From Candidatus Minimicrobia sp. QA0096 (lineage in GTDB: Bacteria; Patescibacteriota; Saccharimonadia; Saccharimonadales; Saccharimonadaceae), in assembly GCF_963967315.1 (NCBI RefSeq), contig NZ_OZ017288.1, positions 420,001 through 452,000 of the forward strand: a stretch of DNA of 32,000 nt, given 5' to 3'. The position numbers and the translations under genes were made by a program. This document shows, piece by piece, positions 14,193 through 23,825 of this stretch. A model generated the notes under the pieces. The model saw only the letters and a list, made by a program, of their open reading frames with translations. It ran no database searches and had not been told where the DNA came from. Positions within the stretch are counted from its first letter, which is position 1; each line of letters starts with the position of its first letter.

Positions 14193-15233
14193 TTAAACAT
14201 CTCGTCGAGTTTTTGTGGGCAAATTATTTTTCTGCGGATTAGCCGTGGCGGCCTTACGAATATCTCCATAAATATCATATTCGTCAATGATTTTCTGACC
14301 TAATAGCGCTTCAATTACGTCTTCTAAACTTAGTAGACCAACTGTTTCTCGAAACTCATTTACAACAATAAACAAGTGGTGCTGCGTTTTCAAAAATGCA
14401 GCCAAGGCGTGCTGTAGAGTTTGATTTTCGCGAATATAATAGACGTCTTTACTCATGACTGTTTCCGCACGATGAGATTTTGCCTTGCGATCAATCGTTA
14501 ACAAATCTTGAATCCTCAACATTCCAACAACATGATCAATGTCGCCGTCAATGACAGGAAATCTGCTATACCCCTTTTTATGAAGATCATCAAGCACTAG
14601 CGGCCCGAGAAGTTCATTCATAGGTACCGATTCAATCATGCTTCGTGGCGTCATGATTTCCTCGACCTTCATATCGTTGAACTTCAGCCCGTTAGTAATA
14701 AGCTTTTTCTCAGAAGATGAAATCGCTCCGGTGGATTGAGCCACCATTTCCAATAATTCCTCTTTCGATTCAATCACCCGACTATCACCAACCACTGGCG
14801 ACACCGAACGGATTAGCGACAAAATTACTTGATGTCGCTCAATTGTCGTTAAGATTAGCGGTTCGTATTTTTCATAAAGTTGCTGTGAGTATTTCTGCCA
14901 CAAGCCAATTCGCGCGACAGCTCCGATTTCTAGAGCTATTATAATTGACAAAACTAGCCCAACCATCCAATTGAACAAATAAACACTAATAATACTTAAA
15001 ATTACCAAACATAAAGAAGCCACGGCGCGCTGCAGTGAAATAATATCTCGTAAAAATTCTCTTTGTCGCAAAAGAATTTTAGCTTTTTCATCGCCTAGTC
15101 CACTTCTCCGCCGCAGCTCAAATTGACTATGCGAAGACGTTTTCGGCTGAATTCCCAGCACTATCAATAAAACCGCCAAAGTAACCAAATATCCAAAAAT
15201 TAGCACAATCGTCATAGTTTTATTGTACCGCAT
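14193..15233 (-). CDS. CNNM/CorC-family transporter-like protein (DUF21 membrane domain + CBS pair)
   Basis: An N-terminal multi-TM DUF21-like region is followed by IMTPRSMIESV...GYSRFPVIDGD...VGML and a second CBS (VMSKDVYYI...HLFIVVNEFRETVGLLSLEDVIEAL). ATG 15215 is the likely true start if the TACAAT at complement 15222-15227 is the -10 box. Confidence 0.8.
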   Translation of the reverse strand: MRYNKTMTIVLIFGYLVTLAVLLIVLGIQPKTSSHSQFELRRRSGLGDEKAKILLRQREFLRDIISLQRAVASLCLVILSIISVYLFNWMVGLVLSIIIALEIGAVARIGLWQKYSQQLYEKYEPLILTTIERHQVILSLIRSVSPVVGDSRVIESKEELLEMVAQSTGAISSSEKKLITNGLKFNDMKVEEIMTPRSMIESVPMNELLGPLVLDDLHKKGYSRFPVIDGDIDHVVGMLRIQDLLTIDRKAKSHRAETVMSKDVYYIRENQTLQHALAAFLKTQHHLFIVVNEFRETVGLLSLEDVIEALLGQKIIDEYDIYGDIRKAATANPQKNNLPTKTRRDV

Positions 15234-15268
15234 TCCGTGCTATACTTACTAGAGTAAATGGAGGTAAA

Positions 15269-15961
15269 ATGAATAAGAAAAGCTGGATAATTTTCGCAAT
15301 TATTGTAGTGGCGATTGTTGGTGGAATGATTTATATTTCGACACAAAATCGACTAAACATTAGCGATATCAATAACGATCAACTGAACACAATTATCAGC
15401 GCAGAATCGAGAAATGGCAATATTGCAGATCACGAAATTGGCAGTAAAGACGCCAAAGTAACAATTATCGAATACGCCGACTATCAATGCCCTGGCTGTG
15501 GCACCGCTGCACCAAAAGCCGAAGCGCTAGCTAAAAAATATAAAGATCACGTTCGATTAATTTTCCGTAATTTCCCAATTGCCAGCTCACACCCTAACGC
15601 ACGAGCTGCCGCTGCCGTAGCTGAAGCTGCTGGCCTGCAGGGTAAATTCTGGGAAGTGAATGAGCTTCTATATGCAAATCAGGACGCTTGGAAAAACGCC
15701 AACTCTACAGAACGCGACAACATCTTCAAATCTTATGCTGAACAATTGAAGCTTAATATCGATCAATATAAAACCGATATTGCCAGTAACAAGGTTAAAA
15801 ATAAAATCGACTTCGATATGGCTCTCGGTCGCAAACACGGCGTTGCCGCGACACCAACTTTCTACATAAATGGAAAAAATACTGAGATGGACAGCTCTGG
15901 CTCAATCGAATCATCAGTTAAGGAAGCCTTGAAAAAAGCTGGCGTTGAAGTAAAAGATTAA
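15269..15961 (+). CDS. membrane-anchored DsbA-family thiol:disulfide oxidoreductase
   Basis: GGAGG SD, an N-terminal TM anchor, and the thioredoxin-fold active site YADYQCPGCG with the downstream DsbA-like helical insert and GVAATPTFYING (cis-Pro loop). Confidence 0.85.
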   Translation: MNKKSWIIFAIIVVAIVGGMIYISTQNRLNISDINNDQLNTIISAESRNGNIADHEIGSKDAKVTIIEYADYQCPGCGTAAPKAEALAKKYKDHVRLIFRNFPIASSHPNARAAAAVAEAAGLQGKFWEVNELLYANQDAWKNANSTERDNIFKSYAEQLKLNIDQYKTDIASNKVKNKIDFDMALGRKHGVAATPTFYINGKNTEMDSSGSIESSVKEALKKAGVEVKD

Positions 15962-15980
15962 CGCATTTTCACACAAACCA

Positions 15981-16012
15981 AAATCCCGCTCCGGTGCCTT
16001 GGAGCGGGATTT
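15981..16012 (+). terminator. rho-independent terminator after the dsbA-like gene
   Basis: A 12-bp stem AAATCCCGCTCC-ggtgcctt-GGAGCGGGATTT is followed by GTTT. Confidence 0.75.
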
Positions 16013-16313
16013 GTTTATAGTCGTCTCTATTCTATCGTTGGAGCCGACTGCACTCTTTTTATTGTGCTATGTATGTTTGCCATTCGGCAGGCACCACATC
16101 CACCGCGATCTTTTTGCGCCTTGATGGCACAAATTTGATTGCTATTGGCATGTGTTTTGCACTCCTTATTATTATGTGCAGCCCCACGCGCTTCGACCTT
16201 TATCACTTAATATCAGCAATTTAATGCTTCGGCGCGAGACGTGCTAACAATGTTACCAAACGTTTATTGGTACGTCAAGCAAAAACATTTTGAAAATGCT
16301 TATTATATCTATA

Positions 16314-17234
16314 TTAGAATAAGCGGAGTCGCTTGGCAATAAACATAACAAGTAAAATCAACAACACTGTAAAGCTAGTGATAACTGGATATGCCCAAGG
16401 CTCGCCCTGAAATGGTAACGCGATATTCATTCCATACATCCCGTAAAAAACGTTTGGAATAGCCAGAAGAATTGTTATGGCGGTCAACGCCTTCATGCGT
16501 TGGTTCAGCGTATTATTAGCAACCGTCGAATAAGCGTTTTGGATACTGGAAATTGTGTGCGTACTGGAACTGATTGCCACTAAAACTTGCCTGATGTGTA
16601 GATCGACGTCCTCCAAGGCTTCCAGATCTCTAGTCTTAAATAAATGACGGCGATTTTCCATCAGTTGTGTAATAACGCGAGACATGCCTTCCAAACTGCT
16701 TCGATATTCATTGAGAGTGTCTTCAATTGCGACAAATTTAATAAAATCCGAATTCTCAACTTCATGACGACTTAGCCGCCGACGAGCATCGCTAATTTGC
16801 TCCGTTAACAAATGTACTCGCTGTTCATATTGAGAAATAATATACGCCAAATTCGCAGAAAAAACTCCCGCTGGACGCTCGGTTGTGCTAAATAAATAAT
16901 CGCTAACCTCCAGAGGTGAAAATTTAACATGAGGCGATATTGTAATATAATGACCGCCGCTAATTGCAATCAAAAACGGTGCCGTTTTGCCAGAATCAGT
17001 TTGACCAAACGGTATACGCGTAAAAATATATTCAACACCATCAGAAAACTCCGCTCGAGGTAATTCGTGGATATCGAGTACGTCACGGACAATATTAGCA
17101 GACAACGACAAAGCCTTTGAAACTCGAGTAGCATCAAGACTCCCGGTCAAATTAATCCAACCGTTTTTATGCATTCGTTGAGCTTGCGTCAACTTTTCAG
17201 TCAACGATCTGCGTTCAAAATAGCCCACCATCAT
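16314..17234 (-). CDS. corA: CorA-family magnesium/cobalt transporter (paralog 1)
   Basis: The C-terminal two-TM region has the YGMNIALPF signature (GMN motif) and a cytoplasmic N-terminal domain of CorA length. TATAAT lies 6 nt upstream of the ATG. Confidence 0.85.
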   Translation of the reverse strand: MMVGYFERRSLTEKLTQAQRMHKNGWINLTGSLDATRVSKALSLSANIVRDVLDIHELPRAEFSDGVEYIFTRIPFGQTDSGKTAPFLIAISGGHYITISPHVKFSPLEVSDYLFSTTERPAGVFSANLAYIISQYEQRVHLLTEQISDARRRLSRHEVENSDFIKFVAIEDTLNEYRSSLEGMSRVITQLMENRRHLFKTRDLEALEDVDLHIRQVLVAISSSTHTISSIQNAYSTVANNTLNQRMKALTAITILLAIPNVFYGMYGMNIALPFQGEPWAYPVITSFTVLLILLVMFIAKRLRLF

Positions 17235-17291
17235 AAGAAAATTATAATATACACAAGCGATATTAGCAATCTGTCGAATTACAATTAAACT

Positions 17292-18206
17292 TTATCGACG
17301 GCGCAGGAAATAATAGCCCACAACGAATGCCAGCACTACACTAACTGCGGTAATTCCCCAAAACATCAATGGATTATCGGCACCTGGAACCGGCACATTC
17401 ATACCATACAAACCAGCGATCATCGTCGGAATAGTCAAAGCTACGGTAATTACGGTTAGCAGACGGATCGTCTCATTAAGGCGCGTATCCATCACCGCCC
17501 TATAGCTGTCGCGCACATTAGTAATCGTCCTCAACAAACTTTTACAACGCGCAATCACCTGCTCCAAATCAATCGAAATATCCTCAACATCTTCCTTATC
17601 ATCAGCTTTCAGTCGCAACTTCTGAGTCGCCAAAAGTTTCTCAATTGCCCAGTTCATCGGAATTAGCGCGTCAAGATAATCATTCAATTTACGCTCATAC
17701 TCCGCCAGTGTGGCAATATCATTAACTCTCAGCGTATGAATACTGTCTGTAGCCGCTCGCATCTGGCGATTAATCGTTGCCACACGCCGCTGATATTGCA
17801 TTGAAATCGCCTCAACCATCGCCACCAAAAGCTCAACTTGTCGATCCGTCCTAATTCGCACTTTATCAATAAATGGCTGCCATAATCGCCCCAAACTATC
17901 TCTAGACAACGTCACGATATGATCTTTATTGATGCAGAATAAAATCGGCGTGGTAAAATCGTTAAAATCGTCATCAGTGTCTGGCAATCGCGCAATCAAA
18001 TAAGTCCACTCATCGTCAAACTCAATACGCGGCACCTCGTGCGGGTCAAGCGCGTCACTTATCAAATCCTCATCCAAGCCCAGCATCAACAATTGCGAAA
18101 CCTCTTCGTCGCTCGGCCTTTCGCAGCGCACCCACGAACCAGACTGCAAATTTTCTTGCGGGCTAATTATTGAATCACTATTTGTTGAACGAAGATATTG
18201 CAACAT
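17292..18206 (-). CDS. corA: CorA-family magnesium/cobalt transporter (paralog 2)
   Basis: C-terminal LYGMNVPVPG GMN motif between two TM helices. TATAAT lies 8 nt upstream of the ATG. Confidence 0.85.
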   Translation of the reverse strand: MLQYLRSTNSDSIISPQENLQSGSWVRCERPSDEEVSQLLMLGLDEDLISDALDPHEVPRIEFDDEWTYLIARLPDTDDDFNDFTTPILFCINKDHIVTLSRDSLGRLWQPFIDKVRIRTDRQVELLVAMVEAISMQYQRRVATINRQMRAATDSIHTLRVNDIATLAEYERKLNDYLDALIPMNWAIEKLLATQKLRLKADDKEDVEDISIDLEQVIARCKSLLRTITNVRDSYRAVMDTRLNETIRLLTVITVALTIPTMIAGLYGMNVPVPGADNPLMFWGITAVSVVLAFVVGYYFLRRR

Positions 18207-18241
18207 AATTTCATATTATAAAATAAAACATATATAAACAC

Positions 18242-18274
18242 AAGAAGCTCCTGCGCCATTCACAGGAACTTCTT
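18242..18274 (-). terminator. terminator hairpin after arcC
   Basis: A 12-bp stem AAGAAGTTCCTG-tgaatggcg-CAGGAGCTTCTT on the minus strand has one G:U pair (C:A on the plus strand). The trailing T tract is weak (GTGTTTAT). Confidence 0.5.
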
Positions 18275-18282
18275 GATTTTTA

Positions 18283-19233
18283 TTACGATTTAACTATCGT
18301 GCCTGCCGAGCCGCTAATAGCTTCAGCGGTTTTATCCAGCGAAGTAATAATCGCCGTACGCCCCGACTTCCCGTCCAAGAACGACAAGGCAGCCTGAGTT
18401 TTTGGCAACATCGAACCTGCTGCAAATTGCCCATCGTCAATGTGTTTTTGGAGCTCTTCTATTGAAACTTCCCCAAGAGATTGTTCGTCTGGTTTGCCAA
18501 AATTAATTTTAGCAGCATCAATCGAAGTCAAAATCAGCAAGGTGTCAGCGTCCAAAAGATCTGCCAATTTTGCCGCGCCGAAGTCCTTATCAATAACCGC
18601 AGCGACGCCCTTTAATTGACCAGTTTCATCTTGCAGAACAGGAATACCGCCGCCGCCAGTTGAAACGACTGTCACACCAGCATGAACCAACGCCTTAATC
18701 ACATCAGCCTCGACAATTGTCTGAGGTTTCGGTGAAGGAACGACACGACGCCAACCACGGCCAGCGTCTTCTTTTACCGTGTAGCCGCGCTCGCTAGCGA
18801 CGGTTTTTGCCTCGTCTTCCGAATAGAACGGACCAATTGGCTTTGTTGGATTTTGGAATGCTGGATCACTCAAGCTAACAATCGTTTGGGTTATAACGCT
18901 AACAGCGCGATTATTCATCTGATTAACCATAAAGGCGTCATGAAAAGCCTGTTGCAGCCAAAAGCCAATCAATCCCTGGCTCATAGCGCCAGAATCTTCC
19001 AGCGGCAAACTTGGCACATCTGGCGTGTTAATCGCCTCTTCGTGCAACACAATGTTGCCAACCTGAGGACCATTACCATGAACGATTGCTACGTTATGAC
19101 CAGCCTGGATTAACGGCAAAAGTTGCCGAACCGTTTCATCGGCTACTCGTTGCTGTTGCTCAGACGCGGCTTCGCCCTGCCGTTGCAGGGCGTTACCACC
19201 GAGCGCTACTACAATAGTACGCTTCTTATCCAT
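18283..19233 (-). CDS. arcC: carbamate kinase
   Basis: IVVALGGNAL, VHGNGPQVG and TGGGGIP blocks of the amino-acid-kinase-fold carbamate kinase. It is the last gene of the ADI operon. Confidence 0.9.
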   Translation of the reverse strand: MDKKRTIVVALGGNALQRQGEAASEQQQRVADETVRQLLPLIQAGHNVAIVHGNGPQVGNIVLHEEAINTPDVPSLPLEDSGAMSQGLIGFWLQQAFHDAFMVNQMNNRAVSVITQTIVSLSDPAFQNPTKPIGPFYSEDEAKTVASERGYTVKEDAGRGWRRVVPSPKPQTIVEADVIKALVHAGVTVVSTGGGGIPVLQDETGQLKGVAAVIDKDFGAAKLADLLDADTLLILTSIDAAKINFGKPDEQSLGEVSIEELQKHIDDGQFAAGSMLPKTQAALSFLDGKSGRTAIITSLDKTAEAISGSAGTIVKS

Positions 19234-19236
19234 AGG

Positions 19237-20781
19237 CTACAGTGCCCCGAAAATTGCAATAACTGTAATGCTGATAATAGCAAATATCGCCATAATTGGA
19301 GCTGAGCGCTTTAGCCAGTCGCGATATGAAACACCAGCCAGAGCCAATCCACCCATCAACGACGCGATAGTTGGAGCCATCATATTGATCAAGCCAGACG
19401 CTGTCGCAAATGCGGCAACCATAACTTCTTTACTTGAGCCAACCAGGTCGGCAATTGGCGCAATAACCGGCATAGTTGCTGCTGCCAAACCTGATGATGA
19501 CGGAACGATAAACGACATTGGCAAGTAGAATAGATATGCCAACACACCAACAACACCACCACCAGCATCTTTCAGGAGAGACTCACCCCAGCTAATAACT
19601 GTGTCCTGAATCTCACCGTTAGACATCACCACAGAAACACCTGTTGCCACCGCGATAATCAGAGCAACCGGCAAGATATCTTTCACGCCGTCGATAAATG
19701 CATCAACTGGGAAAACACCCTCTTTCTTAAATTCTTTGTAGTAAATTGCGGTTATTACAATTGTTGAAATTAGGAATAGTGCGGTGATTTCATTGAAATA
19801 CCAATCACCAAAGGCTGCACTGTGGACTACGCCAAGTACCGCGCCAATAACCGGCAAACCTGCAGCCCATTCAAACATGTCGGCGAAGAGTGTGATATTC
19901 CAACTTCCCCATGGAATCAAGGAAAGAATCATTAACACAAATGTAATAGCAAACACAGACATAACAACTTTTCGTGGACCAGTGAATTTTGGTACGTTTG
20001 TCATGTCAAGAGCAGCCGTAGCTGGCTTGTAGCGAACATCTTCTTTGTACTTGCCGGCCTTAACTTTTGCAGCGTAACGCATAGTAAAGACAATCGCAGC
20101 AATTAGACAAAGTACTAAGATGATAGACATTATTGGGATAACGCTACCCAATTTCACGTCTGCAGTTTTTGCTGCAACACCAGTAGAGAATGGGTTGATT
20201 GTCGAGCCTAGCACACCAGTACCAGCACCCAACACAATAACCATCACACCAGTCATGGCGTTATAGCCAGCAGCAATCATCATCGGTATAACAAGTGCGT
20301 AAAACGCCACAGTTTCTTCTTGCATACCGTAAGTAGTACCACCGATAGCGAAGAGAATCATCAGAATCGGAATGAGCCACTTTTCCTTGCCCTTCATCTT
20401 TCGGAGCAGCGCGCCAAGAGAAGCGTCAAGCGCACCAGTTTTCATAGTGACGCCTAAGAATCCACCAAGCACCATCACGAAGACGATGACATCAAGCTTG
20501 TCTGACATACCTTTAATAGGTGCGGTGAAGACGTCCCACAAACCTTGCTGGTCGTGTTTTTTGACCTCTTCCTTTTTACCGTCTTTTTCTTCTGTGACGG
20601 TTCGCTCTTTGTCGACTACGTGATACGAATTAGCTATACGATCGCCATCTTCGTTTGTCTTATATAGTCCAGAAGGAACAACCCACGTCAATGCCGCCAT
20701 AACGATGATCACGACAAACAAAATAGTAAACGCCGACGGTGATCGAAGCTTCTGCTTTGCTTTTTTAATTTTTTCTACCAT
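19237..20781 (-). CDS. YfcC/DcuC-superfamily membrane transporter, putative arginine/ornithine antiporter of the ADI operon
   Basis: The N-terminus SPSAFTILFVVIIVMAALTWVVPSGLY matches the YfcC-family start. It is a polytopic membrane protein embedded between arcB and arcC. AAGGAGG SD is present. Confidence 0.75.
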   Translation of the reverse strand: MVEKIKKAKQKLRSPSAFTILFVVIIVMAALTWVVPSGLYKTNEDGDRIANSYHVVDKERTVTEEKDGKKEEVKKHDQQGLWDVFTAPIKGMSDKLDVIVFVMVLGGFLGVTMKTGALDASLGALLRKMKGKEKWLIPILMILFAIGGTTYGMQEETVAFYALVIPMMIAAGYNAMTGVMVIVLGAGTGVLGSTINPFSTGVAAKTADVKLGSVIPIMSIILVLCLIAAIVFTMRYAAKVKAGKYKEDVRYKPATAALDMTNVPKFTGPRKVVMSVFAITFVLMILSLIPWGSWNITLFADMFEWAAGLPVIGAVLGVVHSAAFGDWYFNEITALFLISTIVITAIYYKEFKKEGVFPVDAFIDGVKDILPVALIIAVATGVSVVMSNGEIQDTVISWGESLLKDAGGGVVGVLAYLFYLPMSFIVPSSSGLAAATMPVIAPIADLVGSSKEVMVAAFATASGLINMMAPTIASLMGGLALAGVSYRDWLKRSAPIMAIFAIISITVIAIFGAL

Positions 20782-20820
20782 TGCCTCGGAGCCTCCTTAA
20801 CCTCCTTATTACGACAACAA

Positions 20821-21810
20821 CTACAATGTCAAAGCCATCACAGCCTTGATTGTATGCATACGATTTTCCGCTTGATCAAAAACTATCGAATGTGGCGAGC
20901 GGAACACCTCATCCGTTACTTCCATTGAATCTAAACCGAAATCTTCCTGAATCTTCTTTCCAGTAATCGTCAATGCGTCATGGAATGCTGGCAAACAGTG
21001 CATAAACTTGACCTCAGGATTTCCTGTCAAGTTAATCATTTGGCGATTAACTTGGAAATGTCGCAATTGGTTAATGCGCTCAGCAAACTTATCTTCCTCG
21101 CCCATTGAAACCCAGACATCCGTGTAAATTACATCAGCACCGCGCAAAGCTTCTTCGAAGTTGTCAGTAATGGTGATACGTGCGTGGCTTGACCTGGCAA
21201 AATGATTTGCCTTATCAACCAAAGCCTGATCTGGATGCAATTCACGAGGTGCCAAAATACGAAAATCAAGTCCCATAATAGCTGAGCCGATCATCAGCGA
21301 GTTCGCCATATTGTTACGACCATCACCAACAAATACCAACTTAGTCCCCTTCAATTTTCCGACATGCTCTTCAATTGTCATGAAGTCAGCCAAAATCTGT
21401 GTTGGATGAAACTTATCGGTCAATCCATTCCATACTGGAACGCCAGCGTGACGCGCCAATTCCTCAACAGTCGCGTGGTCAAAGCCGCGGAACTCAATTC
21501 CGTCAAACATTCGACCCAAAACCTTGGCAGTGTCTTCAACTGTCTCTTTCTTGCCCAATTGAATATCATCTTTACCGAGGTATTCCGGCGCAATTCCAAG
21601 GTCGTTAGCCGCCACCGTAAATGCGCAGCGTGTTCGTGTTGAAGTCTTTTCGAACAACAAAGCCACGTTTTTGCCCTCATGAATTCGGTGCGGAATTCCG
21701 GCATACTTCAATCGACGATATTCACGAGCCGTATCTAACAGTAAGCGAATCTCTTCAGCGGTATAATCGCCTAAAGTCAGCAGCGATCGTCCTTTCAAAC
21801 TCTGAGCCAT
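20821..21810 (-). CDS. arcB: ornithine carbamoyltransferase (catabolic context)
   Basis: STRTR ([10 protein letters not shown]), HPTQ and HCLPAFH motifs. The start overlaps the arcA stop (TAATG). Confidence 0.95.
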   Translation of the reverse strand: MAQSLKGRSLLTLGDYTAEEIRLLLDTAREYRRLKYAGIPHRIHEGKNVALLFEKTSTRTRCAFTVAANDLGIAPEYLGKDDIQLGKKETVEDTAKVLGRMFDGIEFRGFDHATVEELARHAGVPVWNGLTDKFHPTQILADFMTIEEHVGKLKGTKLVFVGDGRNNMANSLMIGSAIMGLDFRILAPRELHPDQALVDKANHFARSSHARITITDNFEEALRGADVIYTDVWVSMGEEDKFAERINQLRHFQVNRQMINLTGNPEVKFMHCLPAFHDALTITGKKIQEDFGLDSMEVTDEVFRSPHSIVFDQAENRMHTIKAVMALTL

Positions 21811-23048
21811 TAGAATACATCCTCTCGTACTAGCGGCATACTCATACAGCGTGGACCGCCACGACCGCGTCCAAGCTCAGCGCCACTAATTTCAATAACT
21901 TCAATACCGTTTTCGCGCAATTTCTGGTTAGTTACGTAGTTGCGATCATAAGTCACCACAACACCCGGCGCAATCGCCAAAGTGTTTGAACCATCATTCC
22001 ATTGCTCACGAGCAGCAGCAATCGGATCGCCACCACCACACTCAATCAACGTAACACTTGGCAAACCAAGCGCAACTCTCAAGACGTGTTCCAGGTCTGT
22101 TTCATGTGTAATTCGTGGGAATGGCTGACCTTCAACCTTCTCCAAAATGAAACAATTCATCCTGCCACCATGGTCGCGAATTTCTGGGTGAATCGTAAAC
22201 TTATCACGATCAATCATCGTAAACACAGTGTCTAGGTGCATAAAGGCGTGAGATTTTGGAATTTCCATAGCAATGACTTTCTCGAATTTCGAGCCAGCAA
22301 ACAGCTTGGTTGCCATCTTTTCAATTGCCTCAGCGGTTGTTCGCTCTGAAACACCAATTGCCATAACCTTATTGCTTAATACTAATTCGTCGCCACCTTC
22401 CATTGAGAATTTCTCTGTGCGGTTGTACCAAACTGGCGCACGATTAGCAAAACGTGGATGATGGTCGATGATGTAGCGCATAAATAGCGATTCACGACGA
22501 CGAGCTGTCCAGTGCATCTTGTTGATTGTCAAACCGTTACCAATTACGGCAGCCGGGTCGCGTGTAAAGTATAGGTTTGGCATTGGATCGAGATAGAACG
22601 GATAATGATTTTTCTCGATCATATTATGAAGTTGCTGATGCTGATCTGGAGGCAAAGTAATTTCATCCTTGCGAACACCAGCCATAATCTTGCGGATCAT
22701 AGCGTGAGTTGGCAAGTCCAACAAGAATTGGCGCAACGTTTGAGTAACACGGCGTGAATCCTGCTTAGAAGCAGCCAACATTTCATCGACAAATTGTTCG
22801 CGCAATTGATCCGTGCTAATTGCCTCGGCGACCAATTGATCCAGATACAAAACTTCGATTCCACGACTTCTCAATGCTTCCGCAAAAGCATCGTGTTCAG
22901 CCTGCGCCACTTTCAGATATGGAATATCGTCAAATAAAAGATCGGTCAGATAGTCTGGCGTCAAATTTTCCAGCTCTTCACCTGGCCGATGCAATAGAAC
23001 GGTCTTAAGTTTTCCTATTTCAGACGTGATATGAATTGGTTCGTCCAT
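21810..23048 (-). CDS. arcA: arginine deiminase
   Basis: About 410 aa, with N-terminal [20 protein letters not shown] and the C-terminal catalytic-Cys block [22 protein letters not shown] lies 5 nt before ATG 23048 (GTG 23051 is also in frame). Confidence 0.95.
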   Translation of the reverse strand: MDEPIHITSEIGKLKTVLLHRPGEELENLTPDYLTDLLFDDIPYLKVAQAEHDAFAEALRSRGIEVLYLDQLVAEAISTDQLREQFVDEMLAASKQDSRRVTQTLRQFLLDLPTHAMIRKIMAGVRKDEITLPPDQHQQLHNMIEKNHYPFYLDPMPNLYFTRDPAAVIGNGLTINKMHWTARRRESLFMRYIIDHHPRFANRAPVWYNRTEKFSMEGGDELVLSNKVMAIGVSERTTAEAIEKMATKLFAGSKFEKVIAMEIPKSHAFMHLDTVFTMIDRDKFTIHPEIRDHGGRMNCFILEKVEGQPFPRITHETDLEHVLRVALGLPSVTLIECGGGDPIAAAREQWNDGSNTLAIAPGVVVTYDRNYVTNQKLRENGIEVIEISGAELGRGRGGPRCMSMPLVREDVF

Positions 23049-23095
23049 CACAACCCTCCCCTGTTTATATTAGTGATGTTTTAATTGTAACACGT

Positions 23096-23728
23096 TTATG
23101 TTTTTGGGCAAGAGGAGATAATTGCCAGACTAGCCTCAGTCCTGGCTGCGAATTGTCGGTTAACTTTTAGCCATTCATCAGTGGCTTTTGCAGCTCCCGG
23201 CAGAGCCTCATTTGCGTAATCATCGACAATAATTATCGCGTCTTTATTAAACTTACTTTCACAAACCCGAAAAGAATCGATAATTGACTCATAAAAATCG
23301 CCATCAAAAAACGCAAACATAATATTTTCCGGCACATCATCAGAAGTAAAATCGGAAAACCAGCCTTTGTGAATAATCGGCGACTTCAACCCTGCTTTCT
23401 TAAAATTCTGGACAAACGTCTTACGCGGCGCTAATAATTCGCCAGCCTTAAATTGATCACCCGCGGCGCTATTATCCTTCTGGGTTTTTTCTGGCAATCC
23501 CGCAAACGAATCGTAAACGTGAAACTCGCCCGTAAAATCATAAGCGTCCAGCAGTCGGCGAATAAACAAACTAGTCGTGCCAACATAACAACCAAACTCC
23601 ACAATATTTCCAGTGGCGCCACAGCGTAAAGTTTTCTCCAATTCTCTTAAAAGCGCGCTAAGCTCTTTTATGTCGACTTGATCGGAAATGATCGGGTATT
23701 TAGTGAGGAGTTGGTCTGTGATATTCAT
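23096..23728 (-). CDS. TylF/MycF-like class I SAM-dependent O-methyltransferase
   Basis: GNIVEFGCYVGTTSLFI (SAM motif I), FFDGDFYESIIDSF (metal/Asp motif) and IIIVDDY match the macrocin-O-methyltransferase family. TATAAT lies 6 nt upstream of the ATG. Confidence 0.7.
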   Translation of the reverse strand: MNITDQLLTKYPIISDQVDIKELSALLRELEKTLRCGATGNIVEFGCYVGTTSLFIRRLLDAYDFTGEFHVYDSFAGLPEKTQKDNSAAGDQFKAGELLAPRKTFVQNFKKAGLKSPIIHKGWFSDFTSDDVPENIMFAFFDGDFYESIIDSFRVCESKFNKDAIIIVDDYANEALPGAAKATDEWLKVNRQFAARTEASLAIISSCPKT

Positions 23729-23825
23729 GACTTAATTATAAATAGTTCGCCAAATATCGACAAATTATCAACGACGCGGCTCTATATATTTACGGTTTTA
23801 TGAAGTAAACTATCAATTAGCACCT

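Noticed and set aside
16018-16313. Possibility of an Mg-sensing riboswitch or other known RNA (SRP/6S) near the corA genes.
   Set aside because: The region lies downstream of corA, not upstream, and both corA genes have promoters abutting their ATGs. I could not match conserved SRP domain IV or M-box features by eye.
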